From assembly GCA_030750665.1 (NCBI GenBank), contig JASMHR010000003.1, positions 1 through 52,922 of the forward strand: a DNA stretch of 52,922 bases, read 5' to 3'. The notes beneath the pieces were generated by a model. It ran no database searches. It saw only the letters and a program-made list of their open reading frames with translations, and had not been told where the DNA came from. Position numbers and translations under genes: made by a program. Every line of letters starts with the position of its first letter. The stretch's first letter is position 1. Shown here piece after piece: positions 8,828 to 18,800 of the stretch. Source of the stretch: Candidatus Poseidoniaceae archaeon (lineage in GTDB: Archaea; Thermoplasmatota; Poseidoniia; Poseidoniales; Poseidoniaceae).

Positions 8828-8850
8828 ATCATCCCCTAGGAGGGATATGA

Positions 8851-10689
8851 ATGTCCGAAGAATTGAGCGATGGAGAGGGCGAGGAAATCGTCGCTGAAGA
8901 ACCTGTTCTCGGAGAGAATCGTCAACCAATCGTCAGTGTCCTCGGCCATGTTGATCATGGCAAAACCAGCATACTCGATCATATCCGCTCATTGGGAATT
9001 AATCGTCAAGCCAGTGTAATGGCTCGAGAGGCTGGGGGAATAACTCAGCATATCGGGGCAACTGAAGTTCCAGCACAACTGCTGAATGAGGCTTGTTCGA
9101 CAATGATGGGTGGAAAGGAGTTCAAGTCTCCTGGCTTGTTGTTCATCGACACACCTGGTCATCACTCTTTCACCACATTACGTACCAGAGGAGGGGCATT
9201 GGCTGACATTGCTATCCTAGTGGTTGATTTGATGGAAGGAACCCAGCCCCAGACAATAGAATCAATCAAGATATTGAGGGAAAAGAAGACGCCATTTGTG
9301 ATTGCTGCCAATAAAATTGACAGACTCCATGGTTGGCAGTCTGAAGCGGGACGTAGTTTCGTTGATTCGTTGAAGGAACAGCGTAGTGATGTCAAGGAAT
9401 ATCTTGATGAGCGTTGGTGGAAACTGGTTGGCCAGTTTTCAGAGCATGGTTTCAACATTGAGCGATATGATCGAATCAAAGATTTCACCAAGGATATCGC
9501 AGTCGTTCCTTGTTCCGCCAAAGAAGGAGAAGGTCTTCAGGACTTGTTGGCGGTAACCATTGGCCTCGCAGAACGTTTTCTCGATGAACGTCTACGTGAT
9601 ACATTGGGACCTGCTGAGGGGACAGTCTTGGAAATGAAGGACGAGCGCGGACTTGGTAAGACCATAGATGTCATACTGTATCGTGGTGAATTGAACAAGG
9701 GAGATAGAATCACTCTAATTTCTCAGGATGGGCCTTTTCAAACCCATATCAAAGGAATGTTTCGGCCTCGCGGCATGTCAGAGATGAGAGATGCGGGAGA
9801 TAGATGGGACCATGTCGATCACATCAAGGCTGCAGCGGGGATAAAGATCAGTGGTCCGGATCTTGAGAATGTACTGGCTGGGACATCCTTGAGGTTGAGC
9901 AACAGCGCTGAAGAACTCGAGAATGCTGAGATATTAGGCTGGGAGGAAGCAAAAGTCTCCTTTGAGATAGATGAAGAAGGCGTGGTACTCAAGGCCGACA
10001 CTCTCGGTGGCCTCGAGGCATTGGCATGGGAGTTGAAGAAACTGGAGATTCCCATTAGGTCGGCCACCATCGGGCAGGTCAACAAGAGAGACCTGATGAC
10101 TGCAGAGAATGCATCCAACCCCCTTCATAGGGCCATTCTGGCATTTTCCACTACCGCCTTGACTGAGGTTGGAGAGAAGTTGCAATCGGATGATTCCACT
10201 GTAGAGTATATCGATGCTGATGTCATCTATCATATCATTGAAAGATTCGAGGAATGGAATGAAGAAACCAAGAGAAAGATAGAGGAAGCCAGTAGAGAGG
10301 CTTTGGTCTATCCCGGAAAACTTCTGATATTGACGGATCATATCTTTCGCAGAAGCAATCCAGCAGTGGTTGGTGTACGGGTACTTGGAGGAAGAGTACA
10401 TCAAGGCCAGAGATTGATGAAACCGGATGGCACGAATATTGGGATGGTAAAATCTCTGAGGTCCGGCGAAGACACTCTCAAAGAAGCCCATCAAGGAGAT
10501 GAGGTAGCAGTTGCCATCAAGGGAGCAGTCGTTGGTCGAGGTATAGATGAAGAGGACATTCTATTGGTGGATATTCCTGAAAGTCACGCTAAACGTCTAC
10601 GTAAACTCGAATTGACGGCGATGGAGGAGGAGATCTTTGAAGAACTGATTTCACTACATCGAAAAGATAACCATTTTTGGGGAAGATGA
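8851..10689 (+). CDS. infB: Translation initiation factor aIF5B (IF-2)
   Basis: RQPIVSVLGHVDHGKT, EAGGITQHIGA, FIDTPGH and NKID. Archaeal-type length and C-terminus. Confidence 0.97.
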   Translation: MSEELSDGEGEEIVAEEPVLGENRQPIVSVLGHVDHGKTSILDHIRSLGINRQASVMAREAGGITQHIGATEVPAQLLNEACSTMMGGKEFKSPGLLFIDTPGHHSFTTLRTRGGALADIAILVVDLMEGTQPQTIESIKILREKKTPFVIAANKIDRLHGWQSEAGRSFVDSLKEQRSDVKEYLDERWWKLVGQFSEHGFNIERYDRIKDFTKDIAVVPCSAKEGEGLQDLLAVTIGLAERFLDERLRDTLGPAEGTVLEMKDERGLGKTIDVILYRGELNKGDRITLISQDGPFQTHIKGMFRPRGMSEMRDAGDRWDHVDHIKAAAGIKISGPDLENVLAGTSLRLSNSAEELENAEILGWEEAKVSFEIDEEGVVLKADTLGGLEALAWELKKLEIPIRSATIGQVNKRDLMTAENASNPLHRAILAFSTTALTEVGEKLQSDDSTVEYIDADVIYHIIERFEEWNEETKRKIEEASREALVYPGKLLILTDHIFRRSNPAVVGVRVLGGRVHQGQRLMKPDGTNIGMVKSLRSGEDTLKEAHQGDEVAVAIKGAVVGRGIDEEDILLVDIPESHAKRLRKLELTAMEEEIFEELISLHRKDNHFWGR

Positions 10690-10804
10690 GTATTTTTTGC
10701 CGCTCAGTGGCCTTTTGGTGGCGTAGAACGCTCTGAAGTGCGTATACCCAATATTGAAGTACGATTCCGACGGGTGGGGGTATGTCCCACAGGAGGTGTA
10801 CACC

Positions 10805-11815
10805 ATGGCCCAAGCATATCAAGCAGGAGGAGTTGGAGGAGGAGATAATCGAACCAAGGACCTGATAGCAACTGTAAGCGCTATCGCAAACAGTCTGATG
10901 AATGAGGTTGGAAAGGTCATTATCGGTAAGCAGGAGAACCTGCGTCGAGTGACTGTTGGAATCCTCTCAAACGGAAATATGTTGCTTGAGGATTTCCCTG
11001 GATTGGGAAAAACAATGCTCTCAAACACCTTCGCTAAGGCCTTGGGTTGTAAGTTCAAGCGTGTTCAATTCACACCTGACCTGTTGCCAAGCGATATCAT
11101 GGGGACCTATATGTATGACCAGAAGTCTGGGGAATTCAAATTGCGTGCTGGACCACTGTTCTGTAATATCCTGCTTGCTGACGAGATAAATCGCGCCCCA
11201 CCTAAGACCCAGGCAGCATTGCTTGAGGCTATGGAAGAGAAGCAGGTCACCATCGAGGGAATCACTCACAAGTTGCCCGCTCCTTTCGTGGTGTTGGCTA
11301 CCCAGAACCCAATTGAGCAAGAAGGAACATATCCGTTACCAGAAGCGCAGATGGACCGATTCCTCATCAAGATGAGCATGGGTTATCCTGACCGTTCAGA
11401 AGAGAAGGCGATTCTAGCCCGAAGGAAACTTCGTGGTAAGGATCAGCACGACGTTTTGCAGATAACCTCGCCAAAGAAGGTGGTGGCCATGCAGAAGGCT
11501 CTGGAGACCGTTCACGTCGACCCTGCGATTCTTTCCTATGTGGTCGAAATTGTTCAGAGAAGTCGTGAAGACCACCGAATCATCAATGGTTGCAGCCCTC
11601 GTGCCAGCCAATCCTTGTTCAAATCCAGTCGTGCTGCAGCAGCAATAGACGGCAGGGATTATGTCATTCCAGATGACATCAAGAGTATCGCACTACAGAT
11701 TTGCAGCCACAGGATTGTCATGAAGCCTGAGGCCAAGATTCGTGGAATCACAGGAATGCACATCATGAGAAAGATTCTCTCCGAGGTTCCGGTACCAGTC
11801 ATTCAGCCTGCTTGA
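10805..11815 (+). CDS. MoxR-family AAA+ ATPase
   Basis: EDFPGLGKT, RVQFTPDLLPSD, LLADEINRAPPKTQAALLEAM and ATQNPIEQEGTYPLPEAQMDRF. GGAGGTG RBS before ATG 10805. Confidence 0.93.
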   Translation: MAQAYQAGGVGGGDNRTKDLIATVSAIANSLMNEVGKVIIGKQENLRRVTVGILSNGNMLLEDFPGLGKTMLSNTFAKALGCKFKRVQFTPDLLPSDIMGTYMYDQKSGEFKLRAGPLFCNILLADEINRAPPKTQAALLEAMEEKQVTIEGITHKLPAPFVVLATQNPIEQEGTYPLPEAQMDRFLIKMSMGYPDRSEEKAILARRKLRGKDQHDVLQITSPKKVVAMQKALETVHVDPAILSYVVEIVQRSREDHRIINGCSPRASQSLFKSSRAAAAIDGRDYVIPDDIKSIALQICSHRIVMKPEAKIRGITGMHIMRKILSEVPVPVIQPA

Positions 11816-11885
11816 GCCCTGTAGAGTATCTAGAGACCCATCGCTTGAAAGGTGAAGGCTTCAGTTGCGGTAGGAGGAGTGTCGA

Positions 11886-12839
11886 GTGGACCCATATACC
11901 ATGGTCATCACTGTAGCCAACCAGAAAGGTGGCTGTGCCAAGACTACTACTGCGGTAAATCTAGCCGCAGCACTGGCGAAGGGAGAAAAAGACCGCAAGC
12001 GCTGGATAATTCCACCTTCCAAGGTTTTGTTGATAGATCTCGACCCACAGGGTAACTGTTCGACCAGTTTTGGTGTAGAAAAGAGGCAACTCAAGAAGAC
12101 CGTGCATGATTTGTTGATGAATGAGAGTGGTGAGGATCTGCCAATAATGGATGAATTCCTACTCTCACCGGAACAATTGACTGAATCGATGCAGCGCACT
12201 TGGAAGACTGAATATCCAAACAAGAACCTTCCAAAGGGTTTGGTGGTGGAGAATCTCTGGCTACTCCCTTCTTCAATACATCTTTCTGGGGCTGAGATTG
12301 AATTGTCACACCGATTAGGACGAGAGACCAGGCTGCGTGAAGCCCTGTCTTCTATCGAGCATGAATTTGATTACATCATCATCGATACACCTCCAAGCCT
12401 TGGTTTATTGACAATTAATGCAATGGCAGTATCTAGATGGGTCCTGATTCCGGTACAAGCTGAGTTCTATGCTCTTGAGGGGATGAGTCTACTGATGAAT
12501 TCGGTGAAACTTGTTCAGCGCAGAATCAATCCGCATCTGAAATTGATGGGAATCGTCATGACCATGGTCATGCCCAAGTCAAAACTCTCCAACACTGTGT
12601 GTAACGAGGTCAAGGAACACTTCCCTAAGCATGTATATTCTACTGTAATACAACGACTGGTCAAGATCGCCGAAGCCCCTTCGGAAGGAGCGCCTACTGT
12701 GTTGCTTCACAAGCGTAGCAATGACAGCAAGGGGCGTGGCAGTCTGCAATACTGGACCTTCGCCAAGGAATTCCACCAGCGGGTTGAAGGTAAGCGTAAG
12801 AATCTTGGATTCAAGAAAACAAATAGGCTGAATGCTTGA
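11886..12839 (+). CDS. ParA/Soj-family ATPase
   Basis: Deviant Walker A NQKGGCAKTTT, IDLDPQGN, IIDTPPSLG and PVQAEFYALEG. Confidence 0.92.
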   Translation: MDPYTMVITVANQKGGCAKTTTAVNLAAALAKGEKDRKRWIIPPSKVLLIDLDPQGNCSTSFGVEKRQLKKTVHDLLMNESGEDLPIMDEFLLSPEQLTESMQRTWKTEYPNKNLPKGLVVENLWLLPSSIHLSGAEIELSHRLGRETRLREALSSIEHEFDYIIIDTPPSLGLLTINAMAVSRWVLIPVQAEFYALEGMSLLMNSVKLVQRRINPHLKLMGIVMTMVMPKSKLSNTVCNEVKEHFPKHVYSTVIQRLVKIAEAPSEGAPTVLLHKRSNDSKGRGSLQYWTFAKEFHQRVEGKRKNLGFKKTNRLNA

Positions 12840-12840
12840 A

Positions 12841-12888
12841 TCCGCTATTTATTGTTTAGCGGAATCTTAGACCCTAATTGATTCAATT
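12841..12888. promoter_or_regulatory. Two inverted repeats between parA and the RHH-like gene (operator or terminator candidates)
   Basis: TCCGCTA-N9-TAGCGGA at 12841-12863 and AATTGA-T-TCAATT at 12876-12888. TATA-like TTAAGTAT near 12900. Confidence 0.4.
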
Positions 12889-12936
12889 CTGCATCGAAGT
12901 TAAGTATAGAACTTCAGACACCGAGACGGGAAAGAT

Positions 12937-13179
12937 ATGACTGCATCAGGGATGACATCTGTCAGTGTTAGTTTTGAGACTAGAAGACAACTTAATTCAA
13001 TGAAGGCGATGGATGATTATCGCAGCATTGATGATCTGTTGGCAGCACTTGTCAAACAATACAAGGTTCTGAGAATGAAAGGGGTGGTGGATAATCTTCG
13101 AAAGCGCCTTTCTGAACTTGAGGATATGGATGCTGAAGCACTCGTTCGTCGTTTGGCCATGTCGCCATTTCCAGTTTGA
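12937..13179 (+). CDS. Small ribbon-helix-helix-like DNA-binding protein
   Basis: TSVSVSFETRRQLNSMK...YRSIDDLLAAL follows the strand-helix-helix pattern of archaeal RHH/antitoxin-like proteins, followed by a helical tail. Confidence 0.6.
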   Translation: MTASGMTSVSVSFETRRQLNSMKAMDDYRSIDDLLAALVKQYKVLRMKGVVDNLRKRLSELEDMDAEALVRRLAMSPFPV

Positions 13180-13188
13180 GGTGATACC

Positions 13189-13458
13189 ATGAGTTCTGCT
13201 AGACCTCAGAAACCTGCAACCTATGAGTTCGAAGCAGAGCATTTGATTCGAGCATTGTTTGATGCTGATTCAGATGAGGCAGTCATCTTGGAACTCGCAG
13301 CGATGAACAAGGTGGAGTTGCACGCCAGTGGAACTGTCTGGAACACTTTCCTATGGTTGATGATGACTACCATGAAAGATGCAGAAGGGAGCACTTTGTA
13401 CAGTGGTGCTGAACTCGGGAAGATGAAGAAAGAGCTTCCAATCAAGTTCCATCATTGA
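13189..13458 (+). CDS. Hypothetical protein, possibly a truncated PIN-like fold
   Basis: GAGGTG RBS, 9 bp downstream of the RHH-like gene. YEFEAEHLIRAL...KVELHASGTVW echoes the N-terminal half of a PIN domain. Confidence 0.5.
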   Translation: MSSARPQKPATYEFEAEHLIRALFDADSDEAVILELAAMNKVELHASGTVWNTFLWLMMTTMKDAEGSTLYSGAELGKMKKELPIKFHH

Positions 13459-15813
13459 TCATTTGTTTTGGGCCAACCATTCATGCCCATACCATTTCCA
13501 TTGTTCCTCAGACCATCCGGGCGGTAGTCCGCTTGCAGGGACAGGTGGTGCTGCTGCTGGTTGTGCTGGGGCAGGTGAAGCTGCTGCTGGTGTCGACGAA
13601 GGTGCGGGCTCAGATGTGGAGACTCCTGCCAGTTCCTCCATTGAGAGTTCCTCTCCATAGTTCGAACCACCTAACTGCATTGGTTCGACCTCGTCGCCCC
13701 AGCCTTCTTCGTCCACAACTCCACCCATCGCTTCAAAGGCCTCTCCACTCTCTTGAGCTGCGAGTTCAGCCAATGAGGCGTTGGGAGAGAAGGATGAGTC
13801 TCCAAAGGATTTCGAGAAACTACGTTTTCGCCCCATCTTCATCATTCCATTGACTATCAGTAACATTGCCACAAGACCAACGAACAGGATCCCTCCATAC
13901 TTCAATGCAGTATCGATGCGTTCATCCATTTTGCTATCCTTGGTCTCGGTAGTATCTTGTTTTACAGTGTTGGAAGATACCCAGGAGTAGTAGTCCATCG
14001 GAGTATCACCGGCGTTGGTTGTCTGTTCCACATAGGCCTGATATTCAGGGCTGTTCAATCCCTTACAATAGTTGGAACTGTCATCAGGGTTGTTGAGACA
14101 CCAGTCTTCATGGGTCTCGATGGCTGCATTTGTATCATCATAATCGATCTTTTCACCAATTCCATCTTCATCCTGATCTCTGTATTCATTTTCGTCATCC
14201 GGTAGATGATCTAGGTGATCGGCGTATCCATCACCGTCGCTGTCTGGGCAGCCAAACTGTTCGATACGCTCGTAATCAACTATGACTCCACTGTTGGAAT
14301 ATACAGCCCACAATCCATACCTACTATCTCCAAATTGGCTTGAGCAAGCATCACCCCGATATGAATCGGCAGATGAACTGTCACCATATCCATCGCCGTC
14401 GCTATCAGCCCATTGCGTTCTTTCATGTGGGAATGCGTCGGCCGTACCATTTGGACTGGCAGCCCAAGATTCATCTGGGTCCGACCATCCATCTCCATCG
14501 GAATCAAGACATCCATTCCTATCGTATTGTGAACCGCCATTGACGGCAGGGCAATGATCTGGATTGGAACCCAATGGGTTGTCTCCAAGGCCGTCGCTGT
14601 CTCCATCTTCCCATTGTGAGCCATCATCTGGAAAAACATCTCCGTTATCGCCTACGCCATCTCCATCCGAATCGGAACTCTCCAATTCATCATCAGGATA
14701 TAGGTCAGCATTATCCCCTACGCCATCTCCATCTCGATCACTATGTTCAGAAGGGTCATTGGGAAACAGGTCGCCATTGTCTCCAACACCATCATAATCG
14801 CTGTCTTTGGTTTCATTGGCGTCATCCGGAAAGGCATCTTGTGAATCGACCAGGCCATCTCCATCAGAATCAATATCAAACAATCTTACGGTGGTAGATT
14901 GAGACAATGAAGCGATGAGGTACAATTGCCCCTTCTCTCCGCGATAGGCGCCTTTGATCTGTCCTCCAAGGGTATAGTCTTCAACAGAAGTGAAATTGTC
15001 AGAATCAACCGAATGGTATACTCCATTGTCTCCACCAAGATGAATTTCATCATCTGTAGGTAGAATGTATGCGAAACGATTGTTGGGACTGGTTTCAAGC
15101 GTCTCGTAACTCCAATCACTGGTATCATATCTAATCAATTTTCCATTTGCTGAAGAAGTCAGCAATCTGCCGCTTGAATCTACTGCCAAATCAAGGACAC
15201 GATCATTTTGTTCGGTCAGAATAATGGTATCTTCCCCACCCATGTCGTGAATCTTCACCTTCTCATCATTACCGCTGGTGACTATTCTTCCATCAGGTAA
15301 GACCAACACATCTGTCAAACCGATGGCATGTATATCTGTCTCTAAACCAGTGCTGACACCGGATTGATATTCTAGAGCATTTCTTGTTCCAGTTCCCTGT
15401 CCAACCCAAAGGTCTCCATCGATATCCCAAGCAAGGTCAGTGGCTGGGAATGATGTGGTGAAATTCTCAACGATGCTTTGGAGGACCATGTTCACTACTA
15501 TAACTCCCTCATCTGTACCTATGGCTACCAAGGTGTTGGTGCTATCAGGAACTGCGACGTGCGTGGTGGGTAATTCAGTCAATTCGAAAATCAGAGTGTG
15601 CACTCCATTTTCAAAATCAAGTAACTGGAATGTCCCATCGATGGTCAAGAAAACAGCCTTGCTATCGAGGTACTGAACCCATGAAGCGGTCCTTCCCGTT
15701 AGTACATCGACATTCCCAGATTCTTCAAGATCACCTTCAGCAGATGCAGGTATAGGTGCCATCGGCGAGAAGGACACCAGAATCAAACAGACTAGTACCG
15801 CGACACTCCGCAT
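13459..15813 (-). CDS. Membrane-anchored surface protein: beta-propeller plus thrombospondin type-3-like Ca-binding repeats
   Basis: Signal peptide, WD40-like blades, many DxDGDGxGD repeats, one TM helix, and a tail ending LPPGWSEEQWKWYGHEWL. Confidence 0.8.
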   Translation of the reverse strand: MRSVAVLVCLILVSFSPMAPIPASAEGDLEESGNVDVLTGRTASWVQYLDSKAVFLTIDGTFQLLDFENGVHTLIFELTELPTTHVAVPDSTNTLVAIGTDEGVIVVNMVLQSIVENFTTSFPATDLAWDIDGDLWVGQGTGTRNALEYQSGVSTGLETDIHAIGLTDVLVLPDGRIVTSGNDEKVKIHDMGGEDTIILTEQNDRVLDLAVDSSGRLLTSSANGKLIRYDTSDWSYETLETSPNNRFAYILPTDDEIHLGGDNGVYHSVDSDNFTSVEDYTLGGQIKGAYRGEKGQLYLIASLSQSTTVRLFDIDSDGDGLVDSQDAFPDDANETKDSDYDGVGDNGDLFPNDPSEHSDRDGDGVGDNADLYPDDELESSDSDGDGVGDNGDVFPDDGSQWEDGDSDGLGDNPLGSNPDHCPAVNGGSQYDRNGCLDSDGDGWSDPDESWAASPNGTADAFPHERTQWADSDGDGYGDSSSADSYRGDACSSQFGDSRYGLWAVYSNSGVIVDYERIEQFGCPDSDGDGYADHLDHLPDDENEYRDQDEDGIGEKIDYDDTNAAIETHEDWCLNNPDDSSNYCKGLNSPEYQAYVEQTTNAGDTPMDYYSWVSSNTVKQDTTETKDSKMDERIDTALKYGGILFVGLVAMLLIVNGMMKMGRKRSFSKSFGDSSFSPNASLAELAAQESGEAFEAMGGVVDEEGWGDEVEPMQLGGSNYGEELSMEELAGVSTSEPAPSSTPAAASPAPAQPAAAPPVPASGLPPGWSEEQWKWYGHEWLAQNK
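14130..14877 (-). repeat. TSP3-like coding repeats (about 23-aa period in the first four)
   Basis: DSDGDGLVD..., DSDYDGVGDN..., DRDGDGVGDN..., DSDGDGVGDN... Boundaries are approximate. Confidence 0.75.
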
Positions 15814-15897
15814 GGAACTCGATTGGAGCCCATCCTTTCAAAGCGACGGTTGTTGGTGTAAGTCGAAAATGACCGGATTTAGATAGAAGGGGCGTTT

Positions 15898-18800
15898 TCA
15901 TTCTTCTTCAGAATAATCTTCTTCGTCATCATCAGCACCAGCGTTGCTAGGTGGACCACTTCGAGAACTTGGCGGTGGACCTCTACGTCCTGCACCGGGA
16001 GGTGGACCTCTCTTGGAGTCAGGCGGTCCCTTTCGTCCACTCGTGCCAGATGGAGGAGGACCACGTCCAGTTCTTCTTGGTGGACCTTTACTGCCTTTCG
16101 TACTTGGTGGTGGTCCTCGTCGAGATCTGGAAGATTCTGCCTCATCTGCTACTTCTTCCTTCGTGTCGATACCAGCAATGGTCGGGACCTTGATGGACTC
16201 AATCATTGAATCCATATCAGAATCATCAGCCTCATCAGGAATTTCTTCTTCAGCATCCTGTATCAGGTCATCAATAGGGATTTGGGGAGTCATCATTACT
16301 CTGGAGACCGGAGTCAAACTTGAGGGCCCGTCTTCACCATCAGCCTCCTCTTCGCTAGTGGCTGGAGTCATGATTTGAGTAGATATAGGAGTAATACTTG
16401 CCATTTCTTTGACCGTTTCCGTCTCGGTTGATTCCGTTGGAGTAGTTTCAGGACTGAGAGTCGAGTCAGTAGATGGGGTCAATACCGTTGTTGAAACCGG
16501 AGTCAGTTGTGCAGTGACGGTCTTTGGGGCCTTCTCTTGAGGCTTCAGAATGGTTGTGGAGGTTGGAATCAATGGAGCTACTTCGGTGGTTATCTCCTTG
16601 CCAATTGGTGTTGGCAGTACCTCTTCCGGTTCTTCTTCAATCGGTTTTGCATCAGGTAGCCTTGGAGGAACCATACTTGGTGAGACTGGAGATCTTGCAG
16701 GTACTACCATTCCCTCTGAGGTGATTTCTGGAACATTGGGTTCGATTGCTTCGCCTACTGGAGTTGGTCTTTGTGTAGGAGGTACTTGCACATGAGGTAC
16801 TTGCGCAGATGGCGGTGCCTGAACGGGTGCTACAGCGGGGGTATCTGGCCTTGGATCAAAGGACATTGGTTCGCCAGCACCACCACGTGCGGGACCGGTT
16901 GGGAGTGGTTGTCTAACCACCCTCTGTACTGGTTGAATCGCTTGTTGAGCAGGCCCACCAGTAAGTGGAGGTTGGATTGGGTGAGCCATCGGTCCACCTT
17001 GTTCAGCCAATGGCCGGCGCTTCAATTCCGGCATTGCAGGCCCGCGAGATGTACCAGCACCCAATCCGCCGAGAGTTGGTCTTCCAGCAGCTGCAGTCAA
17101 TGGGTCAGCCCTTGCACCAAGTTTGCTTGGGTCTCCTAATCCTCCAATGGCAGCACCACCAGGTTGGCCAGCAATTGCTGAAAGCCATGACTGTTGTTTT
17201 GCGATTCGTCCTTCTTCACTCTGAAGGCGAGCGAATTCCTTCTCCTTGTCAGTCAGTCGGTCTGAATCTGCATCAATTTCCATCTGCATCTTCTGTTCAA
17301 TGGATTCTCGCATCTTCGATTCTGCCATTCCGCGGAATGCATCCATTTGATCTCCAAGTTGCCCGAGCCGGTCTTTGATCTCAGCACGCTTGATGCCGAG
17401 TTGTGATTCTATCTCGGCACGGATTTGACTTTCTTTGCGCCGAATCTCGATGAGTGCCTTGTTGCGCATGATTTCTTCACGCTTGGATAGTTGCTGTTCG
17501 AGTTGACTCGATATCTGGTCTTCCTTGGAGGAACGGAATTCCTTGAGGCGGTCTTCCATATCGACTTCAAGTTCGAGAGTAGTCTCATCTCGAATAAGGT
17601 CAAGGTCTGTCTCAAATGTCAAACGTTCGTTGCGCATCTGAGCATCGATCTCAGACATTATCGCCTTCATGGCGGCCTTCTCACGCGATTGGAATTCGGT
17701 CTCCAATCTCTCGACCCAATCCCTCTTCTCTTCTCCAAACTTGACATCTAGGTTTTCTCTGATATCATTCTCCTGATCATAACGGAATCTGGAAAGGCGA
17801 TTCTGTATCTCGGCTTCTCTAGCCATTCGATAGGCAGCGAATTCTTCCTCCAGACGGCGATTCATCTCGCCTTCGATATCTTCTGTGATTTCTCTGCTGA
17901 TGCTTTCTACTGCTTGACCAAAGGTCAAGTCATACTTTTCTCGCAATCTCTCTTTGCGCGATGCCAATCTGTCAGCATAGGATTCAGACAAGTCTCTGTT
18001 GATCTGTAAACGCAACTCGTCTCGACGACGGGCGACAGCCATTTCGACATCTTCTCTCATCCTGTCTTCAAGTTCTACGGTCTCTCTGCGTAGGTCCTGT
18101 TCGATATCCGATTGTAGTTGTTGAGCAACCTCTTCCTCAAGCCTTCTGCTGCGTCTTTCATATTCTGACCGCAGTCTGGTCTCTCGCGAGCGCATGCGTT
18201 CGCGTAACTGATTCTCTAGGCGTCGACGAATGCCAATTCGCAATTGTTCCTCGCGTTCTGAGAGAAGAGACATGTTTTCTTCTTCCAGGCGTTCAACCTC
18301 ATTCTTCTCGACCTGTGAGAAATGAATCTCCAGTTCCGATTCAATGGTTGATTCCATATCTCGAATTCGGCTTTGAAGAGCCTGATCGTACTCGATCTCC
18401 ATACGCTCTTTCTGGAAGGTCAAGCGACGCTGATGATTATCGGAGAGATCCTGCTCAAGTCTGCCACGCATATGCTGACGGTGTTCCTCAAGTCGACGTT
18501 CTTGTTCGACTTCTAGTTGCTCACGCATTGAATCCACTTCGCGCTGTAACTGTAACTCCAAGCGCTCCCGGATATCCTTCTCCTCTTTTCCAAGTGCTTC
18601 TATCTCGAGTTGTGCCAGTTCATCTTCCATCTCTTTACGAAGTTCACGCTCAAGTTGAGATAGTGTCATCTCATGTTGTTGGCTGAGTTCGCTGGCGATG
18701 ACTTCCTGCATAGCAGATATTCTTTCTGATTGTGCTTTCAGACGAAGATGTCTATCTCTACGCAGTCGGGCTCGAAGGCGTTCTTCTTCTCGGAACCTAG

